Of a DNA stretch of 64,000 nucleotides, positions 1 through 9,161 are shown in pieces. Source of the DNA: a bacterium (lineage in GTDB: Bacteria; Patescibacteriota; Microgenomatia; Levybacterales; UBA12049); assembly GCA_021791545.1 (NCBI GenBank), contig JAJYWL010000016.1, positions 155,704 to 219,703 of the forward strand. Direction: 5' to 3'. The position numbers and the translations under genes are program-made. The notes under the pieces were generated by a model, which did no database searches, was not told the origin of the DNA, and saw only the letters and a list, made by a program, of their open reading frames with translations. Each line of letters begins with the position of its first letter. Position 1 is the stretch's first letter.

Positions 1-874
1 AGAAATCAATATCGTGCAATAGTTTGAATGATAGGGAGTATGTTGAATTAGAGACAAGTCTATCTCTATTTAGTAAAAGTCCCGTTCTCCAGAGAGACCC
101 GAAGAAAGCGATTACTCTGATAGGAGCGGGAACTTCCCACATGTTACTGTAGTTAACGTTTGCAGATTGCCAGAACTTGTTGTGTCTTTTTTCGTCCGTT
201 AAGAAGCTATATGTAAGATAGGCAAGATATTGTTTATCGAATACGGAATCCGCATCTACGGAAGAAATGGTCGAAAAGTTGATATCAATTTTTCCTCCTT
301 TTACCAATTCTTTATACGCAAGCTTTGCGCCGAATGATTCGTTTGAAGATTTTCCTTTTACTTCTCCTGCAATATCGGGATGGTAGCTTGCCAAAACTCC
401 TCCGAAATTCTTGCTAAATTCGGAAATAAGAGTTTCGGCTTTTTCTTTTGCTTCCTTTTCTCTTTTTTCCATTGCCAAGACTACATAGACTCTTTTAGTA
501 GGGAAGGTTTGTGTCGCAAGACTTTGGAGAGTTCTTCTTAATTTATCTATGTTTTCCTGGTAATTGGGGATAACCAGGATATGGGTCGTCTTGTCGAAGT
601 CTTTTAACTTATTTGCTTTCTTAAGCCAGTTTTCTTTTTCTGCTTCTTTTACTTTAAGCGTTCCTCTCCAGGCGTAATATACGAGAGAGAATGATTTGTA
701 GAACCAATAAACGTCAAAAAAGAGGATAAAGTAAGCGACGAAGGTAGGAATTAAAAAGGAACCCCATAACGGGAAGAGTATTAAGGTCCACGAAACAAGG
801 CCGGGGACCATGTCCAAAGCCCTTCTTGTTTTAATAGGATACCTAAAAAATATTTTTTGAAAAAAGCTAGTCAT
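1..874 (-). CDS. GT2-family glycosyltransferase, N-terminal ~291 aa (partial; runs off the window 5' edge)
   Basis: Hand translation of the minus strand from ATG at 874-872 stays open to position 1. An N-terminal hydrophobic segment is followed by 'THILVIPNYQENIDKL' (GT2 PxYNE-like motif) and 'SSVDADSV' (DxD-like). The ORF is absent from the track only because it is truncated by the window edge. Confidence 0.6.
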   Translation of the reverse strand, partial: MTSFFQKIFFRYPIKTRRALDMVPGLVSWTLILFPLWGSFLIPTFVAYFILFFDVYWFYKSFSLVYYAWRGTLKVKEAEKENWLKKANKLKDFDKTTHILVIPNYQENIDKLRRTLQSLATQTFPTKRVYVVLAMEKREKEAKEKAETLISEFSKNFGGVLASYHPDIAGEVKGKSSNESFGAKLAYKELVKGGKIDINFSTISSVDADSVFDKQYLAYLTYSFLTDEKRHNKFWQSANVNYSNMWEVPAPIRVIAFFGSLWRTGLLLNRDRLVSNSTYSLSFKLLHDIDF

Positions 875-1652
875 TTAGGTTAAAAAGATTTTCCGTATTT
901 TTTACCGTAATATCTCTGAATTCTTCTAATGGTATACCTTTGAGATTAGCTATGAAATCGGCTGTTATTATAACATAGCTAGGTTCATTTCGCATTCCGC
1001 GGTGGGGAATGGGGGTAAGCCATGGTGCATCCGTCTCGACAATAATCCTGTCGTTTGGAGTTTTAAGGGCAAGATCCGATAGTTTTGTATCTTCTCCCGG
1101 AGCAAGTCCTTTATATGTTATATTTCCGTCAAAACCGATATAGAATCCGAGGTCTAAAGCTTTATTTAAAAAATCAAAGCTTCCTGCAAAACAATGAATC
1201 ATTCCGGGAGAATTCTTAAACTCATTCTTATAGGAAGTTAAGACATCAATTACGTCATCTCCAGCATGTCTTTGATGAATCTGTAAGGGAAGATTATTTT
1301 TTATAGCTATTTCTATCTGTTTGGAGAAAACATTTTTTTGTATTTTTGGGTCTATCTCGTTTGCAAAATAATCAAGTCCTATTTCTCCTACTCCTACAAC
1401 TTTTTTCTCTTTACACATCCTGTCCAAATCTTGCTCAAAGCTTCCTGCTTTTTCACTGTCATGAGGATGTATTCCTACAATTGCAAAAAGATTATCGTAT
1501 TTTTGGGCAAGATCTATTGCCATTTGGGAGCGTTCAATAGAGGTACCGGCATTAATAATTCTGTCTACACCTTTTTCCTTGGCTCTATTTATTATTTCGT
1601 CCAGATCTTCGTATTTTTCTGAGTAGTTTAAGTGGCAATGGGCATCAATCAT
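867..1652 (-). CDS. tatD: TatD-family metal-dependent hydrolase/DNase
   Basis: 261 aa. N-terminal 'IDAHCHLN' plus 'GIHPHD' and 'GEIGLDY' TatD signature motifs. Confidence 0.85.
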   Translation of the reverse strand: MIDAHCHLNYSEKYEDLDEIINRAKEKGVDRIINAGTSIERSQMAIDLAQKYDNLFAIVGIHPHDSEKAGSFEQDLDRMCKEKKVVGVGEIGLDYFANEIDPKIQKNVFSKQIEIAIKNNLPLQIHQRHAGDDVIDVLTSYKNEFKNSPGMIHCFAGSFDFLNKALDLGFYIGFDGNITYKGLAPGEDTKLSDLALKTPNDRIIVETDAPWLTPIPHRGMRNEPSYVIITADFIANLKGIPLEEFRDITVKNTENLFNLND

Positions 1653-1674
1653 TAGTTTATTATAACAACAAAAT

Positions 1675-2964
1675 GTGCATATAATTAAGTCAGTGGAAAG
1701 AATAAAAAAATTACTTCGTTCTTTGGGTCCCGGTTTTATAACGGGAGCGGCAGATGATGATCCTTCCGGTATAGCTACATATTCCCAGACGGGTGCACAG
1801 TTTGGATACGGACAGTTATGGACTGCCGTTTTTATGCTTCCTTTTCAGGCAGCTGTTCAGGAAGTAAGTGCAAGAATAGGTGCTGTAACGGGAAAGGGTA
1901 TTGCTGCGGTAGTTAAAGAAAATTATGGAAAGAAAGTTTTATCTGTCGTAGTTTTACTGGTCTTGGTTGCCAATACCATTAATATAGGGGCGGACATTGG
2001 AGCAATGGCAGCAGCAGCAAGACTTATCATCCCTCTTAACTTTGCTCTTTGGACGTTATTCTTTACAGCTTTAATGCTTGTTCTGGAGATTTTTCTTTCA
2101 TATAGGGTTTACTCAAAGATTTTAAAGTGGCTTTGCCTTTCTTTACTTGCTTATCCTATTACTGTTTTCATTGTTTCCCAACCCTGGCTTACGATATTAA
2201 AAGCTACTTTTATTCCTCATATAGAACTTAATTTCCAGTTTCTTTTCATAATAACCGGAGTCTTGGGAACGACAATTTCCCCATATATGTTTTTCTGGCA
2301 GGCATCCGAGGAAACGGAAGAGGAAAGAGCAAAACATCTAATGGGAAAAGACGGTCCCCATATTAATCCAAGGTTCATAAGGAATTTAAGAATAGATAAT
2401 TTTACGGGAATGCTTTTTTCGGAAATAGGAACCTGGTCGATAATTCTGGTAACCGCTACAGTTCTTAATTCTCATGGGATTACGGACATAAGAACTGCTG
2501 CAGATGCGGCAAAAGCATTAGAGCCTTTGGTAAGTACTTTCCCGGATGCCGGACTTATGGCAAAAATTATTTTTGCAACGGGAATAATCGGTCTTGGACT
2601 TTTGGGTGTTCCTGTTCTTGCGGGTTCTGCAGCATATGCGTTTGCCGAAAGTTTCGGACTTAAAGAAGGATTAAACCAGAAGCTTAAGAAAGCTCACGGA
2701 TTTTACGGAGTAATAACTATAGCAACATTAATAGGTTTGATGATTAATTTTATAGGAATAGATCCTATTAAAGCTTTGGTATTTACAGCAGTAATAAACG
2801 GAGTTGTTGCTGTTCCACTAATATTTATAATTGCACTTATTGGAAGAAATAAAAAAATAATGGGTGAGTATACAAGCGGAAAATTATCTAATAGTTTAGT
2901 TTGGATTACTTTTCTTGGGATGGGAGCTGCTGCTGTGGGGATGTTTGTGACCCTTCTTCATTAA
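1675..2964 (+). CDS. NRAMP-family divalent metal cation transporter (MntH-like)
   Basis: 429 aa polytopic membrane protein with a 'GPGFITGAADDDPSGIATYSQTGAQFGY' NRAMP-type N-terminal motif. Its 3' end overlaps the convergent ORF at 2906-3538 by 59 bp. Confidence 0.75.
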   Translation: MHIIKSVERIKKLLRSLGPGFITGAADDDPSGIATYSQTGAQFGYGQLWTAVFMLPFQAAVQEVSARIGAVTGKGIAAVVKENYGKKVLSVVVLLVLVANTINIGADIGAMAAAARLIIPLNFALWTLFFTALMLVLEIFLSYRVYSKILKWLCLSLLAYPITVFIVSQPWLTILKATFIPHIELNFQFLFIITGVLGTTISPYMFFWQASEETEEERAKHLMGKDGPHINPRFIRNLRIDNFTGMLFSEIGTWSIILVTATVLNSHGITDIRTAADAAKALEPLVSTFPDAGLMAKIIFATGIIGLGLLGVPVLAGSAAYAFAESFGLKEGLNQKLKKAHGFYGVITIATLIGLMINFIGIDPIKALVFTAVINGVVAVPLIFIIALIGRNKKIMGEYTSGKLSNSLVWITFLGMGAAAVGMFVTLLH

Positions 2965-3538
2965 GATTCATTCCTGCTCTTGATTTTGCTTCCAGTATTT
3001 TTTCTCCAAAAATTTTGTTGTCCCAGAGCTCTACTTTCATGCTAGTTGCATAGTTTATCGCCAAAGGGGTGAATTGTTTTAAGTTTGCTATTAAAAGAGC
3101 ATTCTGAGTTTTATAAAAGTTCTTTCTGTCTTCTACTTCTTTTACCGCGTTAACGTCATTTCCTACGATTTGGTTTTTTCCTCTTACCATTGTAGTTACG
3201 TTATCCTTTACTACTATTAAATCTACTCCCGCTCCTCCCAAAGATTTTCCGGGATTTATTACCTTATATCCCAATCTTCTAAAAAAGTTGGTAAGGAAGA
3301 TGAAGAATTCATCGTCAGGCATATCTGCAACTTCAAAGATGTTTGCGTTTATTATTTTTCTTTTTCTCGTAAAGTTATATATGAGAAAAGCAAAAGGAGA
3401 ATAGGCGATGACAAGAAGAAGAAAAACAATTACCCAGAAATATGGGCTCGTAAGGACGGAATCTGGAATACGGTTCGGAAGATTTATTCCGCTAGGAATA
3501 GATACTTGTGGTATTGAAACAGGGAGAGATACAGCCAT
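2906..3538 (-). CDS. Membrane-anchored Mrr_cat (type IV restriction endonuclease-like, PD-(D/E)xK) domain protein
   Basis: 210 aa with a single TM helix (res ~32-55) followed by 'TRKRK', which suggests a cytoplasmic C-terminal domain. 'EFFIFLTNFFRRLGYKV...GGAGVDLIVV...MVRGK' matches the Mrr catalytic core, but the Q/E of the (Q/E)xK motif is replaced by R. It is a paralog of the protein at 4633-5337. Confidence 0.65.
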   Translation of the reverse strand: MAVSLPVSIPQVSIPSGINLPNRIPDSVLTSPYFWVIVFLLLVIAYSPFAFLIYNFTRKRKIINANIFEVADMPDDEFFIFLTNFFRRLGYKVINPGKSLGGAGVDLIVVKDNVTTMVRGKNQIVGNDVNAVKEVEDRKNFYKTQNALLIANLKQFTPLAINYATSMKVELWDNKIFGEKILEAKSRAGMNLNEEGSQTSPQQQLPSQEK

Positions 3539-3746
3539 AGTTTAATTCTACAACATTAGTAGCCTAAGATGAACTTTCTGTTATTGTCTTTGGAACTATC
3601 GGGATAGGTCTTCATATGGGGTTTAACGAAAGTACCGTTTTTTCTTAAGTATCCGTTTTGGTACCTGAGCATTCCTCCGTTTTTGTAAATCCGTAGGTGC
3701 TTCACTATCTAAATTATACAACTTCTTAGCAATTTTTAGGCTTAAA

Positions 3747-3992
3747 GTGTATAATTTTAGAATGCGAAATAAGCTCTTGGTAGGACTCTCAATAATTGCA
3801 ATTGTTTATATGATAAAGCCTCTTCTGCCGGTATCTACTCATTCTGTTTCGAATCAAGTAGCAACTCCTACTCCTTCTTCTACGGTAACAGTTAGTCCTT
3901 TGCCTTCTTCGTTACCTTCTGTTACTCCTATTCCTACAAAACATTCGATAATAAGACCGGGAGACGGGGGAGAAGGAGCTTTCGATAATTAA
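3747..3992 (+). CDS. small hypothetical membrane/secreted protein with Pro/Ser/Thr-rich segment
   Basis: 81 aa with an N-terminal hydrophobic helix, then a PT/S-rich stretch. No recognizable domain. Confidence 0.3.
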   Translation: MYNFRMRNKLLVGLSIIAIVYMIKPLLPVSTHSVSNQVATPTPSSTVTVSPLPSSLPSVTPIPTKHSIIRPGDGGEGAFDN

Positions 3993-4028
3993 TTTGCATT
4001 TTTTTCCGTCTTGATACCATAATTAGTT

Positions 4029-4640
4029 ATGCCCGACAAGTTAAAAAGTCAGGTATCTTCATCTAGGCCCCGAGATGAGAAGGGGCATTTTATTAGTGTA
4101 CCGACAGCCGCAACAGAGGGAACGAAGTTAGTAAAAGAATTTTTAGCCTCTCATACGGGAAACTACAAAGCTCAGGAAGATTTATTGGATATTAGAATAG
4201 GAAATCCTCTAAGGAGAGTAATAGAACTTTTGGAAGATATTAAAAACCAAAAAGCGTTCTCTTTCACGCTAAAAGGTTCTTTGGGAATTGCAGGAGTTGT
4301 TCTTTTAATCTCGGCATTTGGTTTATTTGGAGGAGATAAAATTATTTGCGACAGGGGAACACAGACGGAAATTGGGACGATAAGGATTTTGGAGGCAAGA
4401 GAGATTTATTCAAAAAATAATTCTTTAATACAAAAACTTTTGGGAGTAGAATCGCAGAAGAAAATTGTAAATAGAACTGTGTTGATTCAAGGAGGAACAA
4501 CTCTTTATATTCCTTATAACGAAAATATAAATTTTTCCACATATTCAAATCAGCAGGTAATTGTTACTGGAAATCTTAATTCCTGTTCAAATACATTAAC
4601 TTTGGATGATCCTCAAGGAATGGAGATATTTATTAAGTAA
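4029..4640 (+). CDS. hypothetical single-pass membrane protein
   Basis: 203 aa with one central TM helix ('LGIAGVVLLISAFGLFGG'). No recognizable family. Confidence 0.45.
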   Translation: MPDKLKSQVSSSRPRDEKGHFISVPTAATEGTKLVKEFLASHTGNYKAQEDLLDIRIGNPLRRVIELLEDIKNQKAFSFTLKGSLGIAGVVLLISAFGLFGGDKIICDRGTQTEIGTIRILEAREIYSKNNSLIQKLLGVESQKKIVNRTVLIQGGTTLYIPYNENINFSTYSNQQVIVTGNLNSCSNTLTLDDPQGMEIFIK

Positions 4641-5337
4641 AATTTCTAGTTCCGTCACATTGAGGATAATTTGAACATCCCCAAAATTCTCCATATTGGC
4701 TCGTTCTTAAAACCATAATAGCCCTACATTTTGGACAGGCTGGAATTTCTCTTTGTTCTTTTGATTTTAAAATATTGTTTATTAATTCTTCCCTATCCCA
4801 AAGTATTATATTATTAGCTCGGGCTAATTCTTTTGCTTCTTCTGTAAAATGACTGTTTGTGACAACCCAGCCTGATGTACAGTTTCTTGGTTTAATAACT
4901 GTATTAACTTCTCTAACCGCATCTGGTCCAACATTTTCCTGATATCTTTTTGCTTGAACAGCAATTCTTGCTCCGCCCATTTCAATGATTAAGTCAGAGC
5001 CCAAATCTCCTGTGTGTCCTGTATGTTGGACTTTGTAACCTAGTTTTGAGAATAAACTACAAAGAAAATTTTCAAAATCTTGTCCTGACATTTTGTCGAC
5101 TTCATCTATTCCAGCTTTAGATAAGCGATATTGTTTATAAACTTTATTTGCAACCAAAAATAAAAGGACAGCTGCTCCAAAAGTATAAATATACCAAATT
5201 TGAGAAAAAAGCTGTCTAGTCTGAGGAACGAAAATAAATAAAAACATGGCCATTAACAAAAGAACTCCTAATTCTTCAGGTTTTGGAGTATTGTTTCTTC
5301 GATGATAATATCTATGTCTATACCAATATCTTGCCAT
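4633..5337 (-). CDS. Membrane-anchored Mrr_cat nuclease domain fused to a topoisomerase-type C4 zinc ribbon
   Basis: 234 aa. A basic N-terminus and two TM helices precede 'FENFLCSLFSKLGYKV...GDLGSDLII...IAVQAKRY', a canonical Mrr D..D..QxK core. The C-terminal 'CPKCRAIMVLRTSQYGEFWGCSNYPQC' is a zf-C4 of the topoisomerase I type. Confidence 0.7.
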   Translation of the reverse strand: MARYWYRHRYYHRRNNTPKPEELGVLLLMAMFLFIFVPQTRQLFSQIWYIYTFGAAVLLFLVANKVYKQYRLSKAGIDEVDKMSGQDFENFLCSLFSKLGYKVQHTGHTGDLGSDLIIEMGGARIAVQAKRYQENVGPDAVREVNTVIKPRNCTSGWVVTNSHFTEEAKELARANNIILWDREELINNILKSKEQREIPACPKCRAIMVLRTSQYGEFWGCSNYPQCDGTRNFT

Positions 5338-5415
5338 AACTCAATTCAACTACATTTATATTTTTTTATCAATTAATTTATATTTTAAGAGAAGTTATTT
5401 GTTAGAATTTAATTA

Positions 5416-6033
5416 ATGCTTTTAACAATATTAATTGTAGGTATAGTTTTGATCTTTATATTTAAATTTTTTAAAGAGTTACAAAATTTTTCTCCTGATG
5501 TACCTGATTTAGAAAAATATAAAACTATCTTAGATGTTCTGTTAAGATCTACTGGTAATTCAACTACAACTCAGATTGACAAGATTATAGTTTCTAATTT
5601 TGGAATTTTTTGTATAGAAGAAAAAGCATTAAATGGTTGGATTTATGGCAATGTTGAAAGTAAATACTGGAAACAATTTTTACAAAGTAAAGAATTTAAA
5701 TTTTATAATCCATTTAGGCAAAATTATGCTCATGTCAAAGCATTAGAGGTTTTATTAGGAAATCATTTAAATGCTCCAATTGTTTCTTTAGTAGCTTTTA
5801 CTAGAGCGGACAAAATTAAAGTCAGTGGAACTGATTTAGTGGGAGATCAAGTTAGAATTGATGAAATAATAAAATCTTATACCCGAGAAGTTTATTGTGA
5901 TGAAGAAAGAGATTATATATTTGATCTAATTGGAAGAGCTAATATAGAAAACAGGGAAGAACGAATACGACATGATATACAAGTTGAAGAAATTCAGAAA
6001 GCCAAAAATTCGTACTTATCAAGGCATCTTTAA
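5416..6033 (+). CDS. NERD (nuclease-related domain) protein with N-terminal TM anchor
   Basis: 205 aa. An N-terminal TM helix is followed by 'IIVSNFGIFCIEEKALNGWIYGN...KYWKQ', the NERD core. The gene sits in a very AT-rich local context. Confidence 0.65.
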   Translation: MLLTILIVGIVLIFIFKFFKELQNFSPDVPDLEKYKTILDVLLRSTGNSTTTQIDKIIVSNFGIFCIEEKALNGWIYGNVESKYWKQFLQSKEFKFYNPFRQNYAHVKALEVLLGNHLNAPIVSLVAFTRADKIKVSGTDLVGDQVRIDEIIKSYTREVYCDEERDYIFDLIGRANIENREERIRHDIQVEEIQKAKNSYLSRHL

Positions 6034-6089
6034 TTTCTTACTCTAAATTTACTCAACCTTAAAAATTATCCTGTAAAGTTTTAATAACT

Positions 6090-6452
6090 GTGGATAACGA
6101 TTTAACTTTTCTGTCTGAGACAGACGATTATTATACAGTCAAAAATGAAAAAGAACAGGTAATAGATCTCCCAAGAAAAGGTGGAGTAGGTAGTTCTTTG
6201 TATAAACCCCTTCCTAAGAAATTCCATCCTGGATGGTTACAACTTGCCTTTTTCGGTTTGTCTTTGGGAGGGCTCCTTGCAGTAATATTTGGACCATTGG
6301 AAATTTGGGATAACTTAAGTCTTTTGAGAAATAAAGAACTTAATCAAGAAGAAATAGTTCATGCAAAAAATTATCTATTTGTTTCTTTAATCCTTCTATT
6401 CTTTGGTGCAATATTCTTTATTCTATTTTTAATTCATTTAATATACGTATGA
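6090..6452 (+). CDS. hypothetical small membrane protein (2 TM)
   Basis: 120 aa with two hydrophobic helices. It overlaps the downstream GT2 start by 4 bp (ATGA), suggesting translational coupling. Confidence 0.4.
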   Translation: MDNDLTFLSETDDYYTVKNEKEQVIDLPRKGGVGSSLYKPLPKKFHPGWLQLAFFGLSLGGLLAVIFGPLEIWDNLSLLRNKELNQEEIVHAKNYLFVSLILLFFGAIFFILFLIHLIYV

Positions 6453-8656
6453 TTACAGAAGCTTTAGATTTATCGGCAATTTTATTTTTAATAAGCTTTG
6501 TCCCTCTTGTTCTTTTTGGAACAAGGACAAATATTTCTAATCGTTTTGTTTCCCTTGCCTGGCTTCTGATTGTAATGGGAATAGGAAGTTTGTTTGTACG
6601 GAACAATTTTATTCTCTATTCAATAATTACACTTGAAGGAATATTTTGGATTACTTTACTTCCTGACTGGAATTTCATAGCAAAAGTTGCTTGGACTAAT
6701 TTATTTACCCTTACTATCGTCTATCTTATTTATTCTTTCCAGATAACCGCTTTTGCAACTGCAAATATTCTTGGATATACCCTTGCCCTCATGTTTTTCT
6801 TAATAGAAACATTCGCTCTTTTTCTTACTCTTTCTTACGCCTTTGAAGCTCTGGATACTCTTTGTAGGACGCATTGGAGAAGAAGAGTAAACAAGGTGCC
6901 CGCGGGGACAAGAGATCCAAAAGTTTCTTTACACCTTCCCTGTTATAACGAACCTGCGGATATTGTTATAAAAACATTGGAAGGTCTTTCAAAGCTTAAC
7001 TATCCCAATTTTGAAGTTTTGGTAATTGATAACAATACTCCAGATAAAGCGACCTGGAAACCTCTTGAGGAAGCTTGTGAAAGACTGGGAGAAAGATTTA
7101 AATTTTATCATTTGGGAAACTGGCCGGGATATAAGTCGGGGGCACTTAATTTTGCATTATCCCAAACTGCAAAGGATGCCGAATTTGTCGGAATTATAGA
7201 TTCCGATTATGAAGTAAATCCCGATTTCTTAAGCGATCTCATCCCTCTTTTTCAAAATGAAAAAATCGCTTTTGTCCAGACACCTCAGGATTATAGGGGA
7301 GAGAATGAAAATTCATTTTTTAAGGCTGCATATTTAGGATATAAATATTTCTTTAACGTTTCTATGCAATCAAGAAACGAAAGAAACGCAATAATATTTG
7401 CGGGAACAATGGGACTTATTAGAAAATCCGTACTTTTGGAAATAGGTGGTTGGGACGAATGGTGTATTACAGAAGATGCAGAAGCAAGTCTACGAATTCT
7501 TAAGCTAGGATACGAATCTTTATATGTCCATAAAAGTTACGGTAAAGGATTAATGCCACTTACCTTTGATGAATTTAAAAAACAAAGATTCAGATGGTGT
7601 TTCGGAGGAATACAGATATTAAAAAAACACTGGGAAGCTCTTTTACCCTGGTCTAATATTACGGACCCTACAAACAAACTTACTTTTGCCCAGAAATATA
7701 ACTATCTAGTCGGAGGACTTCAATGGTATAACGATTTACTCAATTTATTTTTTGCATTCTTTCTTATATTAGGAGGAATATTAAGTTTATATCCCCAGAT
7801 CCAGGGATTTATTCCATATAGGGAGCCTCTTATTTTAATCCCGACAGTATTTCTAGTAACAGGACTTTGGAGATTTGTCTGGGTTTTGAAAAACGCTTTA
7901 AATCTTTCTACAAGAGAAGCAATTTCCGCAATGTCTAATTTTTTCAGTTTCGGTTGGGCTATTACTTTGGGAAGTGTACAGGGACTTGTCAGAAAACAGG
8001 GTGTATTTTTAAGGACCTCAAAAGCAAATCCGAAGTTGAAAATCTTAAGTGCAATAAGATCTACGGAGACAGAGACTGCAATAGCAGTTATATGTTTTGC
8101 CGCAGCTTTCGGTTTTGTCTATTTTAGACAAAATATTCTTATCTTTACCTTGGCACTTTTACTCTTATGGCAGGGAGGATTATTTTTCTCCGCTCCTTTA
8201 TATAGCTTGGTTAGTACCAGGGAAAATGTACCCCAGAGAGCGGAAGTTCCCGGAGAAGTGGGAGTAAGCGAAAGCTCAGCAGCAACATGGATATTTCTTA
8301 TAATGGCCGCAATTGCAACCGCTGTAGTTGCTCTTAATTTTTCACCGCGTCCTAAAACTCCTCCGCCTTTTAGTAATCTGGCTCCACAACCTGTTTCGGT
8401 ACCGGTAATAACAACTCCTACTATTACTCCGTCTCCTATTCCAAGCGCTACTCCGACAGTTACTCCTAAGCCCACCACAAGTCCAACTCCGTCCGCGAGT
8501 CCTACTCCAAAGAAGAATACTCCGACTCCAAAGCCGACTCCTAAACCTACTCCCAAGCCTACTGCCTCTCCGAGTCCATCACCTTCTTCTAAGCCAAGTC
8601 CAACGCTTGCTCCTTCTCCTACTGGAACATCGTCGGGAATTCTACCGGGTCTTTGA
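6449..8656 (+). CDS. Processive GT2 glycosyltransferase, cellulose-synthase-like (CESA/BcsA/PgaC-type) with Pro/Thr-rich C-terminal tail
   Basis: 735 aa with multiple N- and C-terminal TM helices. It carries 'LPCYNEP', 'DSDY' (DxD), 'TED' and 'QRFRW' (the QxxRW processive signature). The C-terminus is a low-complexity TPKPTPKPTPKPT... stretch. Confidence 0.8.
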   Translation: MITEALDLSAILFLISFVPLVLFGTRTNISNRFVSLAWLLIVMGIGSLFVRNNFILYSIITLEGIFWITLLPDWNFIAKVAWTNLFTLTIVYLIYSFQITAFATANILGYTLALMFFLIETFALFLTLSYAFEALDTLCRTHWRRRVNKVPAGTRDPKVSLHLPCYNEPADIVIKTLEGLSKLNYPNFEVLVIDNNTPDKATWKPLEEACERLGERFKFYHLGNWPGYKSGALNFALSQTAKDAEFVGIIDSDYEVNPDFLSDLIPLFQNEKIAFVQTPQDYRGENENSFFKAAYLGYKYFFNVSMQSRNERNAIIFAGTMGLIRKSVLLEIGGWDEWCITEDAEASLRILKLGYESLYVHKSYGKGLMPLTFDEFKKQRFRWCFGGIQILKKHWEALLPWSNITDPTNKLTFAQKYNYLVGGLQWYNDLLNLFFAFFLILGGILSLYPQIQGFIPYREPLILIPTVFLVTGLWRFVWVLKNALNLSTREAISAMSNFFSFGWAITLGSVQGLVRKQGVFLRTSKANPKLKILSAIRSTETETAIAVICFAAAFGFVYFRQNILIFTLALLLLWQGGLFFSAPLYSLVSTRENVPQRAEVPGEVGVSESSAATWIFLIMAAIATAVVALNFSPRPKTPPPFSNLAPQPVSVPVITTPTITPSPIPSATPTVTPKPTTSPTPSASPTPKKNTPTPKPTPKPTPKPTASPSPSPSSKPSPTLAPSPTGTSSGILPGL

Positions 8657-8693
8657 TTTGACTTACCCTAATAAATTTTGAAATGATTAATCT

Positions 8694-9161
8694 ATGATTA
8701 AGAAGTATAAGTTGCTGTTTTTGTCTTTAGCTCTTTGTTTGGGGACAGGGGCCCTTGGTTCTTTTTTTACAATTTCTTCAATTCCCACTTGGTACGCTAC
8801 TTTAAATAAACCGTTTTTTACTCCGCCTAATTTTGTTTTTGGACCCGTCTGGACAACCCTTTATGTTTTAATGGCAATTGCTTTATATCTTGTTCTCTCT
8901 AAGAAAACTAAAGATAAGCTTCCTTTATATTATTTCTTAATTCAGCTTTTACTTAACTTCTTATGGTCTGTAATTTTCTTTTATTTGCATCTTCCGTTAG
9001 TTGCATATCTGGAGATAGTTCTTCTTTGGATATTTACTGCTTTGACAATAAAATCATTTTATAAATATTCGAGGAAAGCTTTTTATCTTATGGTTCCTTA
9101 TATATTGTGGATTACCTTTGCTTCTTTTTTGAATCTTGGAGTAGTACTTTTAAATCATTAA
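8694..9161 (+). CDS. tspO: TspO/MBR family tryptophan-rich sensory protein
   Basis: 155 aa with 5 TM helices. 'WYATLNKPFFTPPNFVFGPVWTTLYVLMAIA' is the TspO signature. Confidence 0.8.
   Translation: MIKKYKLLFLSLALCLGTGALGSFFTISSIPTWYATLNKPFFTPPNFVFGPVWTTLYVLMAIALYLVLSKKTKDKLPLYYFLIQLLLNFLWSVIFFYLHLPLVAYLEIVLLWIFTALTIKSFYKYSRKAFYLMVPYILWITFASFLNLGVVLLNH

Noticed and set aside
8119-8556. Minus-strand 145-aa Gly/Val-rich ORF
   Set aside because: It is the antisense frame of the Pro/Thr-rich tail of the GT2 gene and is compositionally an artefact.
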